A DNA stretch of 64,000 bases from Pavona decussata (Eukaryota): positions 868,001 through 932,000 of the forward strand of contig CDRNST010000048.1 of the NCBI GenBank assembly GCA_977016875.1, read 5' to 3'. The notes beneath the pieces were generated by a model. The model was not told the origin of the DNA, did not search any database, and saw nothing but the letters and a program-made list of their open reading frames with translations. Shown here one piece after another: positions 1 through 13,112 of the stretch (its first letter is position 1; each line of letters opens with the position of its first letter). Position numbers and translations under genes: made by a program.

Positions 1-2630
1 TAGCCATACTAGCTTTTCCAAATTAGTTGAAGCGTCACATTAGTCAATTAGCCTTTTGTTAAATTATTTCAGCTGCTCGAAACCAAGCATTTTGACATTG
101 CTACACTTTTTTTTTTTAATATTCGATCTCAAAAAGACAAATTAATGTACGATATACAGTGAAATGGTTAGATGCTAGCATTTCAAAAGTAGCTTTCTTG
201 TAATTTTTTATCAACTCGAAACCATTGCTACATGTTTGGTTTGAAAGAAATTCTATCTCAAACAATGTACGAAATAAAAGGTTAGCGATGTTCGCGTTTC
301 AAAATTAGCAATACGAACACACTTTTTTTACAAGGTCGAAACTAAGAACAGGGTTCTTAATGTACATTTATTCTTAAACTGATCTCTCAGAGTGGGGAGT
401 CGTTTGCAATGAGGCATTAACTAATCTTCAGTTATTTTCTTTGTCACCAATCGCCTTAACCTTAAATTATTTTAAAAATTCTGACAATGTGTTCGTAAAA
501 TCGCTTCCGTCACCGATTGACACAGCTGAATATTATTCATAGCAATGTGTTCAATCGTTTTATTAAACAGAGTTAAAACGCCGATAGAAAAATTCAAACA
601 TATGTCAACACACCGAAGCCAGCACACAACACGACCTTAATAACCCATTACACGGAAATTGGACTGTTTATTAGTCAAGAAAAACTGAGTACATGGAGAC
701 GGAACACACTTATTGCAAAATGGAGCTAAACTGTTCCACTTTTTGAGTAAATAGATAACTGATGTGCTAACCGTAAGGTAAAGTGATAGAGGGTAAGGGA
801 AGCCTTTTGACAATGAAAGTATTGCAACTTTGTATGTATAGTGGAAAGATCGGCCGTTGTTAGGAAGGATATCTGGTTACGCTGTGAGAAAATCTCCTCA
901 GGGGGAAAGAGTGCAGAAGCCCTAATACAAATGACCTATGGAAGTTCAGATTCCGGACGGAGGAAAACAAGGATATCTCACCGATTACTCTAATCTCAAT
1001 CGACAGGTGTTTTATTTAAGCATTTTAAAACTTTTTGGCGTTTGGTTTTTTCTTTTTTAAAAATGAAACAGTAAGTCACGCCAATTTGGAAGTACATCGT
1101 AGAAAAGCATCACAGAAGACGCCGTCCTATTGGACGATTTAGGACTAAACAAACTATTGGGGGGGGGGGGGGGGGAGAATAGTGTTTTGAGGTTGAAGTT
1201 AAAAACAAAGGTTTGGCAGAACTTGTTCTGACGAGAACCTAATTGAACAAAACAAAATAGAGCTTCGTCAACTAAAACCTCAATATTGACAATGAAGGAC
1301 TCACATATCCAACACTGTAAGTTCTCGGCAGTTTTGTTGAATGTTATTTGTGAAGGATTTCGTTGCGCTTTTTCTTTTCCTCTAATTTAGATTTCTTGTT
1401 CTTATCCAGACAACCCGGATCAGTGCTGAATTACTTCAAAGGTAGACCATTTTGATGTTTATTAGAATGCAGTTTAAGCAGCGCTTTCACGCTGAATTTA
1501 GTTTTTACGCCTTTAACAGTAAAGAAAATAGTTTTCCTTTGGCCTGTTTCGTGACTTTTAAAGAACAAATAACTAAATGCGTGTTCTAGTTTTTATGACG
1601 TGCGGAGTTCCATTTGATTTTGGAAAATGTATCGAGAGAGGTTACCATATTTGCTCAAAACTATCATTTCAGCTCTGATCAATAGAAAACAAACTTTTAT
1701 TCGCAATCCGATAATTTAGGTCACTTTTTCAGACACGACACGGTCTTTAGTTTGACCTTATTCACGTTATTCGCGGATCTCGATGGACTAAAAATGGCTT
1801 CTAAACAAACTGAACAAACATGTTACAAATTACTCCAGTATTATTCAGAATTGAACAGCACTCGGTTAAACAAAATCAGCGAAAAGCAACGAGTCAGTTA
1901 CAAAATTGTGATTTTTAGTTTACACCGCAAAAACTAAAAGCAAGTTTCAATCGGAAACTTTACTGCTAATGTTGATAAAAAAGAGTACTTTTACGTGTAA
2001 ATTTAATCCATCCTTGAGCTTTAAACTTGCAACATGGAAACGTAAATTTAGTTGCTGATTTTGCTATGTGTTAACAATTACGTAGACTTCTTATATAGAT
2101 CCATTCACAGATTAAATAAGATTGAATCGTGAAAACAATAAGAACTACACAAGTAGGATTTTGAATAATCTGGATCTGACGTGTCAAACATACTCAACGT
2201 TTGTTTTCTAAAAGCCGAGTAAAAGAAGTGAATTGAAAGTATATTTATTGAGAGCCGTGTAAAGACTTTAGTACGCGACTTTACATTCAAAAGAAAAAAA
2301 TCGCAAGTGTATTATTCCGTTTCACAGCCCACTTAACTAGAAACGGGTTTCAGTATGCAGCATTTTAATTTAAAACAAACCCGAAACTTATTGCCACATG
2401 AGCCATTTTGTTCAATTACCTATCAAACATTATGGATGTTTGACAGTTTTATACATGTTATCAAACAAGTTTTCAAGGTGTAAAAATTCTCAAAATACAA
2501 TGCAAAACAAGGCAGATAAAACAAAAGCGGGCACATCATTGGCTGAACCATCTAAAACTTGCTTCAACTTGTTAGTCATCCAAACAAAACATCTAAGAGA
2601 GTCAAGGTTACTGGTTATTGATACAGAAAT

Positions 2631-2995
2631 GATTTAACCAATAGGAGGGCTCAGCTAATCTTGGAACTCAACATGTTATGTGCTTTAAAACGTGTCTAGG
2701 ACAAGTGTTTACTTCCAAGTCAATAGAGATGATTTAACCAATAGGAGTGCTCGGCTTATTTTGGCATCCAACATGTTATGAGCTTTAAAACGTGTTACCT
2801 TCTAAGTCAACAAAATTATTTAACCAATAGAATGGCTTGGGCTATTTTGGCACCCAACATGTTGCCAGCTTTAAAACGTGTCTAAAACAAGATTTTTACC
2901 TACAAGTCAACAAACAAAAAGGATAAAAGCTTCTGTAATAGTAAGAGGTGAATCAGTTTTCCTTCGGATCACTTGAAGCCGCTCATGCAAGATTG
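2631..2995 (+). promoter_or_regulatory. Candidate CTHRC1 copy 1 promoter and short non-coding first exon
   Basis: TTAACCAATAG (CCAAT/NF-Y-like) occurs at 2638, 2738 and 2824 within ~86-100 bp repeat units. GATAAAAG is at 2922, initiator-like TCAGTT at 2953, donor G|GTAGGT at 2996, and acceptor TTCACAG ends at 3548, five nt before the ATG. The layout is conserved in all three copies. Confidence 0.55.
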
Positions 2996-3553
2996 GTAGG
3001 TAATAGAACTATAGATTACAACTTTACTTTTGTTTAGTAAATTATAATTTTATTCTTGACAGGATTGAACTGAATTCTAGTGCAATTAATTTAAAGATCT
3101 TTTTTTAGCAAGACTCGTTTAAACATCTTTTAAAAAGTTTAAATTTAGCAAGTATTTGAATTAGTCGTTTTTCATAAAAATGTTTAGGTCGCTAAACTGA
3201 ATAGCACTCCGCCATAACGTTTTCCTTCAGTATGATAAAATAAATGAAATTAGCAATAACAAGGACGAATAGCGCTTCAGTCACTTTATATCTTCATGAT
3301 GAAACTCAATGGCAACGGCTGATAAATAATAGTTATTAACTGATAAAGCACAAGCCAATCGACGACTTACTACCAACGGTTATGTGGTTGGTTTGTGTGT
3401 CTGATAATTACTTTAATTATTGTAACAAGGAAAGCTCAATATGAAAAGCCTCGTTTGGGCTCCTTGTAGTCCTTGTACTTTGATCATTTGTAGTTCTTAT
3501 CATTTTCAATCTTGAACAAAACTGAGTTGGAGAATTTAATGTTCACAGGTTGA

Positions 3554-5072
3554 ATGACGTCGAAACGCTGCCTGAATATACCGCTGACCATCATGCTGTG
3601 TGTACTGCTCTTACTGCTGATCACCTTGTGTTCTGCGAATGACAACAGCAGCAGCAGCAAACCACGTGACAACAAGGTGAGTTTGATGAACAGACTCTAG
3701 GTACAAACTCACAACAGTAAGCTCCCTTCCTGCTGCCCACCAAACAAAAAAGGATTCCAAAAGAAAAGAGTTACTGGTTACACGTCACTTCAAATTGCAT
3801 TTAACAATTTTAATCAGCTACTTGAAATTGTTGCAGTGAACATTATTTAAAATACAATTAAAAAGTTAAAAAATAAAACTCATTCAAAACGCTATTAACA
3901 AACCAATCAAAATATGTACATAACAATGTCCACAACTCAGCGCAAGTAGACTAAAAGAGAAGTTTTCATTTCTCCATTCAGGGTACTCCTCAACAGACGT
4001 CATCATATGGGTCTTGTGGTCACAGCACATGTTTCTGCGCACCAGGTATTCCAGGTATCCCAGGAAGCCCTGGATCCACGGGACCAGCAGGTGCCGCAGG
4101 ATCACCGGGCAATCACGGACCTGAAGGACCCATGGGCCCTCGAGGAAACAAGGGCGATGAAGGCCATAGGGGAAGACGTGGTACTTCAGGCCTTAAAGGT
4201 GCTCAAGGACCCCATGGACCTCCGGGTCCTGCTGGAAAAAAAGGCAAATCAGGTGCTCGTGGTAACCAAGGTCCTCCTGGCCCCAAGGGACAACAAGGAT
4301 CCTCTGGCCAACCAGGTTCACGTGGAAACAAGGGTGATACAGGTGCTCGTGGAATTCAAGGTCCCCCAGGCCCCAAAGGAGCTCTAGGGTCTGTTGTGCG
4401 TAACTGGAAACAGTGCGTTTTTAAGAAGCTGGGGGATGGAAGGGACTCTGGATTGATTAAGGTAACTGAGTTTTGAACTTGACATTAAATCGAAAGCTAA
4501 AAGCAACGAAATTATGTTTCTATGAATACTAACAATACCAACATCCGGTCTGACCTAGTTCAAGGTATAAGCTACTCCGGCCGCCCTATGACGTTGTATT
4601 GCACGGATGTATTTATACGTTTTAGACTGCATGATAATAATGTCTTTATATAAAAGCTGATGGTTTTCATTTCAGACCTGTTGTTGATTGATTTTTTTTC
4701 TCGTTTTTGCAGGAATGTGTTTTCAAGAAGATATCTGCCAAAACAGGGCTGCGTGTCTTCTGGAGTGGAACTCTTCGCATCTATGGCTGCCATGCGTGCT
4801 GCAGGCGATGGTATTTCACCTTCAATGGTGCAGAGTGCTCAGCTCCAGCAGCCATTGATGGCGTAGTGTATATGATACATGGGAATAGCGGCAGAAAGGA
4901 TTTACACCGTGTGAGGCAAATTGAAGGAGTCTGTGAGAAAGTCCACAAAGGCACTGTGCGCGTGGGATTCTGGGTCGGTAATTGTGCTGGTGTGGGATCG
5001 GCAGATGCATACACAGGCTGGAACTCAGTGTCCCGGATCTACGTGGAAGAAGTACCACCCCCACAGGCTTAA
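3554..5072 (+). CDS. CTHRC1: CTHRC1-like secreted short collagen, copy 1 (320 aa); coding exons 3554-3676, 3982-4461, 4713-5072
   Basis: Exon 1 encodes a hydrophobic signal peptide (MTSKRCLNIPLTIMLCVLLLLLITLCSA-NDN). Exon 2 has CGHSTCFC, 39 uninterrupted Gly-X-Y triplets and NWKQC. Exon 3 has CCRRWYFTFNGAECSAPAAIDG...EGVC...DAYTGWNSVSRIYVEE, the CTHRC1 C-terminal signature. Both introns are GT-AG, phase 0, and the joined frame is open. Confidence 0.95.
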
Positions 5073-5781
5073 AAAGAGCAAATTTTCATTTTTTCTTTTT
5101 TTTTAATTTTAAGGTGCTTGGTAGATTCCGAATGCGAACTGAATGATCGCTCAATTCAAAAAGGGTTAGAACCTCAATTTTAGCTAATGATAACCAACTG
5201 GAAGTAAATTTTGACAATCAAAACAGGCGTTTAATTTTTGAAGCTTCAAAGGTGTAAGGAGTAAAGGCAATTTTGTCCGGTAGCAATATATCACGGGAAA
5301 TACGCCAATAAAAGTCAAGTAACAATAAATAATACACTGTGTTGTGTGAATTTCTTACGGTGCTTGTTTCTTTGCTACAGAGTTGGATTTTACAAATTTT
5401 TACTAATTTTTTCTCAAACATGCCCTGAAGAAGAAAGGCCCTGCATTTCGAAATATTGGAAAAATATACTTTCTTGACCATGAAATCAGCCTTGCTCTTT
5501 TTTTTTTTTAAATTATTTGTTCTACAATGTTTTGCTGATTAGATCCTTTACTTCAGGATCTGGTACTTTTATTTTGTCGCGCTGGTCCTTGCAAACACAG
5601 TTAATTACTGGTTTTTACTCAACTTTTTCTTGGATTTTCATAATTCAACGATGGTCATCATGTGATATTTAAAGTGTATATGGCTGTTTTTTTTTTTGCT
5701 TGATAAAATGTGAATGTTGTTCTCGTATGAAAAAAAAAAAAAAAAAAAAAACCCTTGTCAATTTTTCTTCCCCGTCAAAAG

Positions 5782-6048
5782 TCACTTCCGGCTGGGTATA
5801 ATACCGCGTAGGACAGGAGACTGAGGATAGTAGGGTTGTGACGTCAATACAGCAGTTTCTCTAGTCCACAGTTGTTTCATTCTGAGTATTCGACAATCCA
5901 ATACATATTTTCGTCCACAACACAGTTTTCTTCCTCTACATACGAAAAGCAATTGAGGAATAGAGAAATCGTGGGACCTTTATTGACGTCACAGCCCTAC
6001 TATCCCTAGTCTCCCGTCTTACACGGTATTGTACCCAACCGGAAGTGA
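5782..6048. mobile_element. MITE-like element with ~70-bp terminal inverted repeats (degenerate copy ~49232-49468; right-arm remnant ~26200-26228)
   Basis: TCACTTCCGG...GTGACGTCAATA is matched by TATTGACGTCAC...CCGGAAGTGA. Confidence 0.65.
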
Positions 6049-6688
6049 AGTTTCACAATTTTATACGCCTTAAACGCAGCGGCAAAAAAATGAGGATTTA
6101 TTTACATGAAGATTTGATCAGGCAAAAAAAAAATTGTCATATACACTTTAACCTCCCCACACAATTAATCCACAAAAGGAAACGGCGTAGCGTGGATATC
6201 TACTTTGACGTAGTTAATCCACAAAAGTAAAATCTTGGCTACTTGGCTTTTTTAAAACTGTCGTGAATTTTTTTCACTGCACTTTTACTGCACCAGAACC
6301 ACTGTTTAATTTTTCAATCGGATTTTACGGGAAGTAAAACCAACATACCTTTTTCAGTTTTACACTGTTTCTTATCTTATTTATAAATAATAATAGGCAC
6401 GCTAGACTATATCTGAGCTCATATTCGATGATCTCGTTTGGACGATTACGTTCAAAAGTTTCCAGGACCCTTTATTCTCTTCCGCACCACCTCCCTCGCG
6501 AGGACAAGACAGTGGCGTTACAGAAACACCTCAACCCTGACTCACTGGGGCCCAATTTGACTCTGGTTCCCAGCTAGACCGCTTACTCGACTATGATTCG
6601 CCTCTAGGTACCTTGTACAATTTACAGAACTCTTCCCTTCTTATATGAGCGGCGATTGTATAAATGGATCTGCCTGAGGTTTATTTAA

Positions 6689-6994
6689 AGGGACTATGTC
6701 AGCTGGGACACATGCCCAGTAGAGTCCTGTTGAGACTAATTTGCATCCAACTCGTCAAGGGATTTTTCTTTTCCGCTATTGCAAAATCTTTCGAAAATAT
6801 CGCAGCAAACAGCTTCTGTAATTACTAAAGAACGTTTGCAAATGACTTCTTCAGCTAACTTTCCGAAGATGAACGCAAATCAAGCAGATGAAAACAGTTT
6901 CCTGAACTCTCCGACGGTATTTGGAAAAGTTGGGCCAACGATTTCAAAGTGCTTCTCATCGACGCGCGCATGCGCCTTGGGTGACATAGCCCCT
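6689..6994. mobile_element. Non-autonomous TTAA-target DNA transposon (Kolobok-like termini)
   Basis: TTAA|AGGGACTATGTCA...TGACATAGCCCCT|TTAA. The empty site is visible in unit 2 near 27798. Confidence 0.8.
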
Positions 6995-7179
6995 TTAAAG
7001 TCATGTCTCACCTCTGACCAAGAGAAATATACATTCTGTATACATGTATCACAATATGACCGCGAAAGACTGGACCTCAACTTCAGGCAGCATTACTTCC
7101 AGTTTATCTTCCTCTTGCTCATGTTGTCTTTCTCGACTTGATGTCTAAAGGCAGTAAACAAAATTTTTAGCTACTTACC

Positions 7180-8640
7180 ATTTTTTTTGTATTTTAATAG
7201 TTTTTATTCCATTTTATTTAGTTACAGATTCACAAATGAAATCAATACTAGTGCAGAACACACACACATCTACAAAGGACAGTAATTAGGGAGCCACGAC
7301 GCGTTATTATTATGGCCATCATTACTACTATTTTGTTACTTTTTATGAGCACCAAATATCAATCGTGGTGTTTGCTGATGTACTTGTCCCATTTATTTAA
7401 ATGAATAGCTAAGTTATCTGGTTATTTATCTAGTGATTTAGCGATTTTAGTTTCGAGCAGATAAACTACTTTAACTTTTGCAATAAATACTCTGAAGCTA
7501 GGTCTGGTTTCGACAATTCTACAATTACATATGTGCCGTTTTACTATTAACAAAATATGATTCACAAATAAAAAATCTTTACAGTCTAAAATACCAAGCA
7601 TTGTGTTTTTATTTGACAACTGATTTATATTTATATTAAAATCGCTAAACCACTTGATAACTTCCGTCCAGAACTCCCTAGTATAGTGGCAAGATACAAA
7701 GAGATGTTCAAGGGATTCATCTGTTTCTCCACAAAATGAGCATGCTGGTGAAAAAATACCGATTTTACATAGAAAGGCATTCGTAACTATACATCTGTTT
7801 AAAAGCTTGTATTGAAACTTGCGCGATTTTTAGGTTACACAAAATGGAAGACTGTAAATCTTTTACCAGTTTAAATTATCGTTTTCAAATTGAGCAACAT
7901 ATTTTCTCAGACTGGTTGGTTGGATGATAACTCTGTTTCGAAGTTCTTTGTAGATGATTTTTGACTCGGCTTTACTCAGGAGGACCTTTGTGCCATTTAG
8001 AAACAACTGACTCTGGTCATGTTAGATAAAAGGAACAGTGCCAGTACACTAGCAGGTCTTTAAGGATTGACGCCATGCTACTGGAGGGCATCCATCACTG
8101 AAGCAATTTGAAATGCATCCAATAGGGATACGTTTAGCTCTCTTAACTTACACTTCGTAATGAGCTCGTTGTTTTCAGCAATTAAATCCCCTATTCTAAT
8201 TATACCTTTGTTTACTAGTCTGTTGTTGTACACTGTCTTGCCATTGATGCAGACAAATTTATTGCTCCATAAAATAATACAAGCAACATCAGCAGTCTCG
8301 AGTTTGTCGGATTTTGTATGGTTTGCCACAGAACATTCTGTGAAATGTTTAAAGCATTCTTCATAAAAAGTTGGAAGCTTAATGGGCAGCAGCTTTACAT
8401 AAAAGTTACAACTTAAAACAAATTTACCACCGACCGGCTTTAGGTAATGTAGAACAATAGTTTTTCAGCTGCTGCGATAATCACTCGCTAATTTTTTTAC
8501 AGCAGAGTATTCTCTGAGCCTTAATTATGGAATATAGATGTGGAGCTTTAAGTCCACCATCTTCAATATTACCAATAAGCGCCAAACGTTTCATTATCTT
8601 TACCTTTCCAAATGAACTCAAATATTATTTTGTTAACATT
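7180..8640 (-). mobile_element. Degenerate 3' fragment of an L1/Tx1-type LINE ORF2
   Basis: Minus-strand peptides ILWSNKFVCINGK...GIIRIGDL, FQYKLLNR, CSFCGETDESLEHLFVSC (zinc-knuckle) and NHILLIVKRHI, interrupted by stops and frameshifts. Absent from units 2 and 3. Confidence 0.8.
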
Positions 8641-9559
8641 ATTTACAAATTTTTGGTCTATTCAAATCAGACTGGCACGAAAAAAAAAAAAATTGGGATG
8701 ATGAATGTTTTAACAATTTTAATTTTTACCAATTATAGTGAGATCCCTCCACCTTTCCTCTAATGGATTTGATCAACTCGTCAAAATTAAGCTCTCAGTT
8801 AAGGCGGTAATCGTAAGAGACATGTACCCCTAAGAGCTTCACAGATTTCTTGATCTTTATGGCCTTAAAGAAGTGTGCACTGCCCGCTCCGGAGTTCAAA
8901 TGGATACTGCGGATGTGTTTTTGAATTTTCATTTAATCAGAAATTCGAATCCGTTAAAAGGAAGATCACATTAAAATTAGTCAGTTTACCAAGTTTGAGG
9001 TTCTGTCGTTAGATTGCAACCATGTAGAAGGCTTTCAAAAAACTGAAAAATTAGAGATTTTATATGGATTTGGGGGACGCCTTTTCACAATTAGAGAAAT
9101 TTGTAGGAATTTTGGCGACCTTTGACAGCCTGGTTACTACGCAATGGAATATAACCAAACTTGGTAAACTTTGTGATTTTTATGTGATCTTTCTAGATCT
9201 GGCAATAGGGTTCATTTCTTCATATCGCTCAATTTGAACGATTTGTAAACTAGGGCCCATGCCTTTATGAGCTTCGGAACGGGCAATTGGTTGTACTCGC
9301 ATCGCAACCCCTAAAGACTGGATAACGGTACAATGCCATCTGTAACAGTGACTACTTTAGAGAACTTATATATCCAGGACGGCAATCCAAGGAAAATATA
9401 TACGTTCTTCAAAACCTCTGGAATCAAGCCATTTTACAATGAAGTTGTGTCGATAGCGACAAAGAAATGCACCAAACTGTATAACGCAGGCGCAGAACCA
9501 TTGTTTAGCGCAGTAATGTTTTTGGTGACGACCTCGTTGCCATTCTTTCCATGGGTTTG

Positions 9560-9966
9560 AGGAGGATGCCTCATTTTGCTAGTGCGCATACGTTCTGCGC
9601 ATCTCCAGATGGTTCGAGAACCTCTAATCTCTGAAGGACGGTGCCTACTAATTTAAAAGTTTGCGATTGCGCGATTCATGATTATACGGGAAAGGAACTG
9701 ATGTTAGCAAGGTCTATTGAAATAAAAAAAGAAGACTGGTGGTAACCACGCCTTTTTTTTTAGAGATAATCAAGTTTAAATATGGAAGAAATTTCACTCA
9801 TTGTTATGTTAACTTTTTTAACTAAGGCTTTTTAGAGTTATTGCTGCTTTAGTATCTCTGAAAAATGCGTGGTTACCCCAAATTTTCTTTTTAGATTCCA
9901 ATACCCCTTTGTAAGATCTCCATTTTCCACATTGTCATTCTCTGTATTAGGAAACACCGTCCTTAA
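9560..9966. mobile_element. GGACGGTGCC...GGCACCGTCC-family MITE immediately 3' of the LZTR1 stop (paralogues ~32385-32790, ~57570-57981; related remnants ~10433-10740, ~33268-33570)
   Basis: AAGGACGGTGCCTACTAA ... CACCGTCC|TTAA termini. Confidence 0.7.
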
Positions 9967-11826
9967 GGCCTCTTTTATCACGGGTTAACAGCTAGATCCG
10001 TGTCTTTTAAGTAGTCTGCTATAGCATCCAGAATCTCCAGCAACAAATCTCGGCTTAGTCTTCTGAGCTTCGGAGACTTTGCAACCTTCAGTGAGAGAGG
10101 AAAAGAGAAATAGTCAGTTGAATCATGCAGTGTAACATGCAGCTGGTATCTTCTGTTATTTCTCGTGGGAAAAACAAACTATCATGAGTTTTTTTCTTTG
10201 GGCAATTTCTCCACAATAAGCTAAAATACTGAATAAACTTGGAAACATTGCCCCATTTTTTTCAAGTTGCAGTCCATTTTAAACCTGACTATCCGCAGTC
10301 AAAGGTAATAAATACTAGTTTCTGTGCACTAGTAGGGTAAGTAACAAATATGAATCATTATTTTAACGTTTCCATCGATACAAATTTTTTTGCTTATTCA
10401 AAGTGACACTAAAAATAGGTGATACTTCTCCTTTAAGGACAGTACCTCCTAATGCAAAGTCATTTTTGCGCAGTTTATAGAAGGTAAAGGAAGAGGGAAG
10501 AGCTGATCCTCACAAGAACTATTGGAATACAAGAGAAAATGGGAGGGTAGCTACGCTTTTTCAGAGATAATTTTAGAACAACAATAACTCTAAAAATCTT
10601 AAAAATACATAACAATGTAGAGCATTTTCCCAAATTGAAGCTGAATTCTCTTTGAAAAATGCGTGATTACCGTCAATTTTCGTTTTGGATTCGAACAGTC
10701 CTTGCTGAGATCTGCTTTTCCTCCATTTTTCCCCTGAAAGTTTGATTTAAGATGTTCACGGTTTCTGGACTCGCACAGTGAAGCGCAGCAAACGGGAAGC
10801 CCAAGGGAATACCTTATTGGTCTTGTTAGCAAATGAAAGTAGCTCTGTCAAACACAAATTTAAATGAAATTTTAGTCAGTGGTAGTAACTTTCCACTTTC
10901 TACCAAAGTGCCTGAGAACTAGTTACCTTAGTAAAATGTCCGACAACAAGGTCGAGTGCATGCTTCTTCATGTCCGAAGCGCCGATCCTATGAGCCGCTT
11001 CAAGAATCTAATGAAAAATAATAAGAATCGTATAATAAGTTGTTTGTTATCAAGTAGTGAGATCTTGTTTCACCGATTAAAACACCAGATCCCAGTTGTA
11101 CTCGGCTATGCGTGGGAGACGAAGAACAGTTTGAAACAAACTAAATACCCGATGTAAGCGGCAGACTATAAGTTCTGAGTCTTAGTTAGAGAAACCTGAC
11201 ACTTCATTTTTTGAGAAGATATTTGTGGAAAACTGAATGCCTTGTCCTACAACCGTTTCAGAGACAGCGCGCCTTGCCATCCATATATCTTACCCCTTGG
11301 CCTGAGAGGAGAACTAGTGGAGAATGAGGCACCCTGGTATCGTGAAAGCCGCATCCCCCCCCCCCCCCCCCCCTTCCCCAATGGGTATCACACGATCGTC
11401 ATATGTGAGCAAAGTGATTTGGCTTGTAACTCAGAGCTCGCATGAACCAATCCAGCGAAACCTACGTTATGGAGTTTCACGGTAGCCCAATGGATGGGAC
11501 CAAAATTCTCAGTCCGTGACCGTCAAGTCCAAAAATGTTTTTTCAGCCCTCAGCGTTCTTTACAGGGACTCTCTGTATTCGCTAAAATAAACAGTTGTGA
11601 TAGTAATAGCGCCCTTTCCTTACCTCGACTACATTTTCAAACGAGACATTCATTTCCAGATTCTGTTTACAGAAGGCCTGAAAACGTTATCGAGTAATTT
11701 CATTAAATAACATCAAGAAGAAAACAGCTGTTAGAAAAGACTAAATTGTAAACCCTGTAAGGGATTATACAGACCTGTAGTCGATTGTTAGTGAAGCCAA
11801 AGAAATAAGGAGCTGACAGAAGATAT

Positions 11827-13112
11827 CTTGCATACAAGGTCAAGGAAAATTTCTTAATTTGATACCTTAAGACTATAATTAAGAAATTAGTTACGAAATT
11901 AGTGAGCGCGAGTTCAATGGAGCAGGCTTGTTATTACGAAACAATGAGTTCAGTTTTTCTGGACTTAGGGTGGAAGTTTTGAAATTACAATCTCGCATAC
12001 AAGATAAACTTCGATCTCCTTCATACTATATCATCATTTCAGCATATGATCAAAGGTAAAATTTACAGTGGAAGACTTATGTAAATTTTACCTTTTGCAC
12101 GACTTCACGTAATCATAAATATTCACGGCACGTGAACGGCAGTGGAATACACTGGATAAACAAAATAAAACTCATGTTCGAAGAAAGCAAATAATGACTG
12201 AAACTTGACCAAGATTCAGCCTTCTTATTTAACACCGGTTTCAGTTCTTAAGCCTAAAACTTGCTTGAATATCGAAAAGAATTGTTACTCTAACCGCTTG
12301 TAATTTGACAGAAAAATCTGTCAGGGTATTTTAAAGATATCTCGATTGATGCAAAGTAGGAACTTTTTCATTCATCCGCGCTTTATTTTAACTGTTTTTA
12401 AACATAAATATCTTAAAATCGGAGACACCCATGAAGCTTAATATACATTTAGAATGGTTTGCTATGAAGAATGACCTTTTAATAGTAAAGACAAGGTGTC
12501 AAGTTTTATTTTGCCGTAGATATTGGTGAAAAATGCGGGAATAAACAAAATCACCCCAGAAAAAAAATCGATTCATTATTTACTTGAAAACGCTCTTACA
12601 GATTTTTTCTAATTTCGCCTACAAGTTGTCTAGATTGAATAGTTTAAATCCCTAAAGTTTCGTCATAAAGTGTCTGACTAGATTTCGAGATAATCGACAA
12701 TGTTTAAAAAGAGAGGCTATGCGCTTCCGTTGCTATGGTAATGGCTGTTGCTTGGAAACCGATGAGAAAACTTTGATCATATGTTGAAATGATGATGTAG
12801 TATGAAGGAGATCGAAGTTTATCTTGTGTGCGAGATTGTAATTTCATAATTTCCACCGTAAGTCCAGAAAAACTGCCGCGAGCCTCCTTAAGGTTATGCA
12901 ATTGACGTTAATCCGAGACTTTAAATCTAACAGAGTTAATTGAAAAAGTTGTGCACTGGAAGTGCAGATGAACCCCTCTTCAAGGATATCTTCGCAAAAC
13001 GAAACAACATACGTTGAATACCTTAAAAAAGTTGTTCCGTGCAAATACCTTTTTTATCTAACAACATTTCTTCAATCAAGTGCATTTAAGAAACGTAACT
13101 CACGAAGGATAC
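11827..13112 (-). other. U12-type GT-AG intron in LZTR1 copy A (also 34659-35962 in B and 59249-59835 in C)
   Basis: The 5' site is CT|GTATCCTT. A branch site TTTCCTTGAC (11848-11839) lies just upstream of the AAG acceptor with no polypyrimidine tract. The join restores ...EDSL-YLL in frame. Confidence 0.92.
11951..12887. mobile_element. Non-autonomous Kolobok-like element with ~120-bp TIRs inside the U12 intron (left tip deleted)
   Basis: The arms at ~11951-12055 and ~12771-12887 are inverted copies. The right end is CCTCC|TTAA. Confidence 0.85.

Noticed and set aside
2669-2866. p53-family response elements (CAACATGTT in the promoter modules)
   Set aside because: Only single imperfect half-sites about 90-100 bp apart; insufficient support.
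4007-4387. Alternative-frame and antisense ORFs over CTHRC1 exons (also 24581-25111, 47457-47837, 3484-3675, 4781-5064 and similar)
   Set aside because: Shadow frames of GC-rich collagen and exon sequence; their recurrence only reflects the triplication.
10879-11697. Plus-strand ORFs repeated identically at 33706-34529
   Set aside because: Antisense to LZTR1 exons and introns; identical only because of the near-identical A/B block, and disrupted in copy C.
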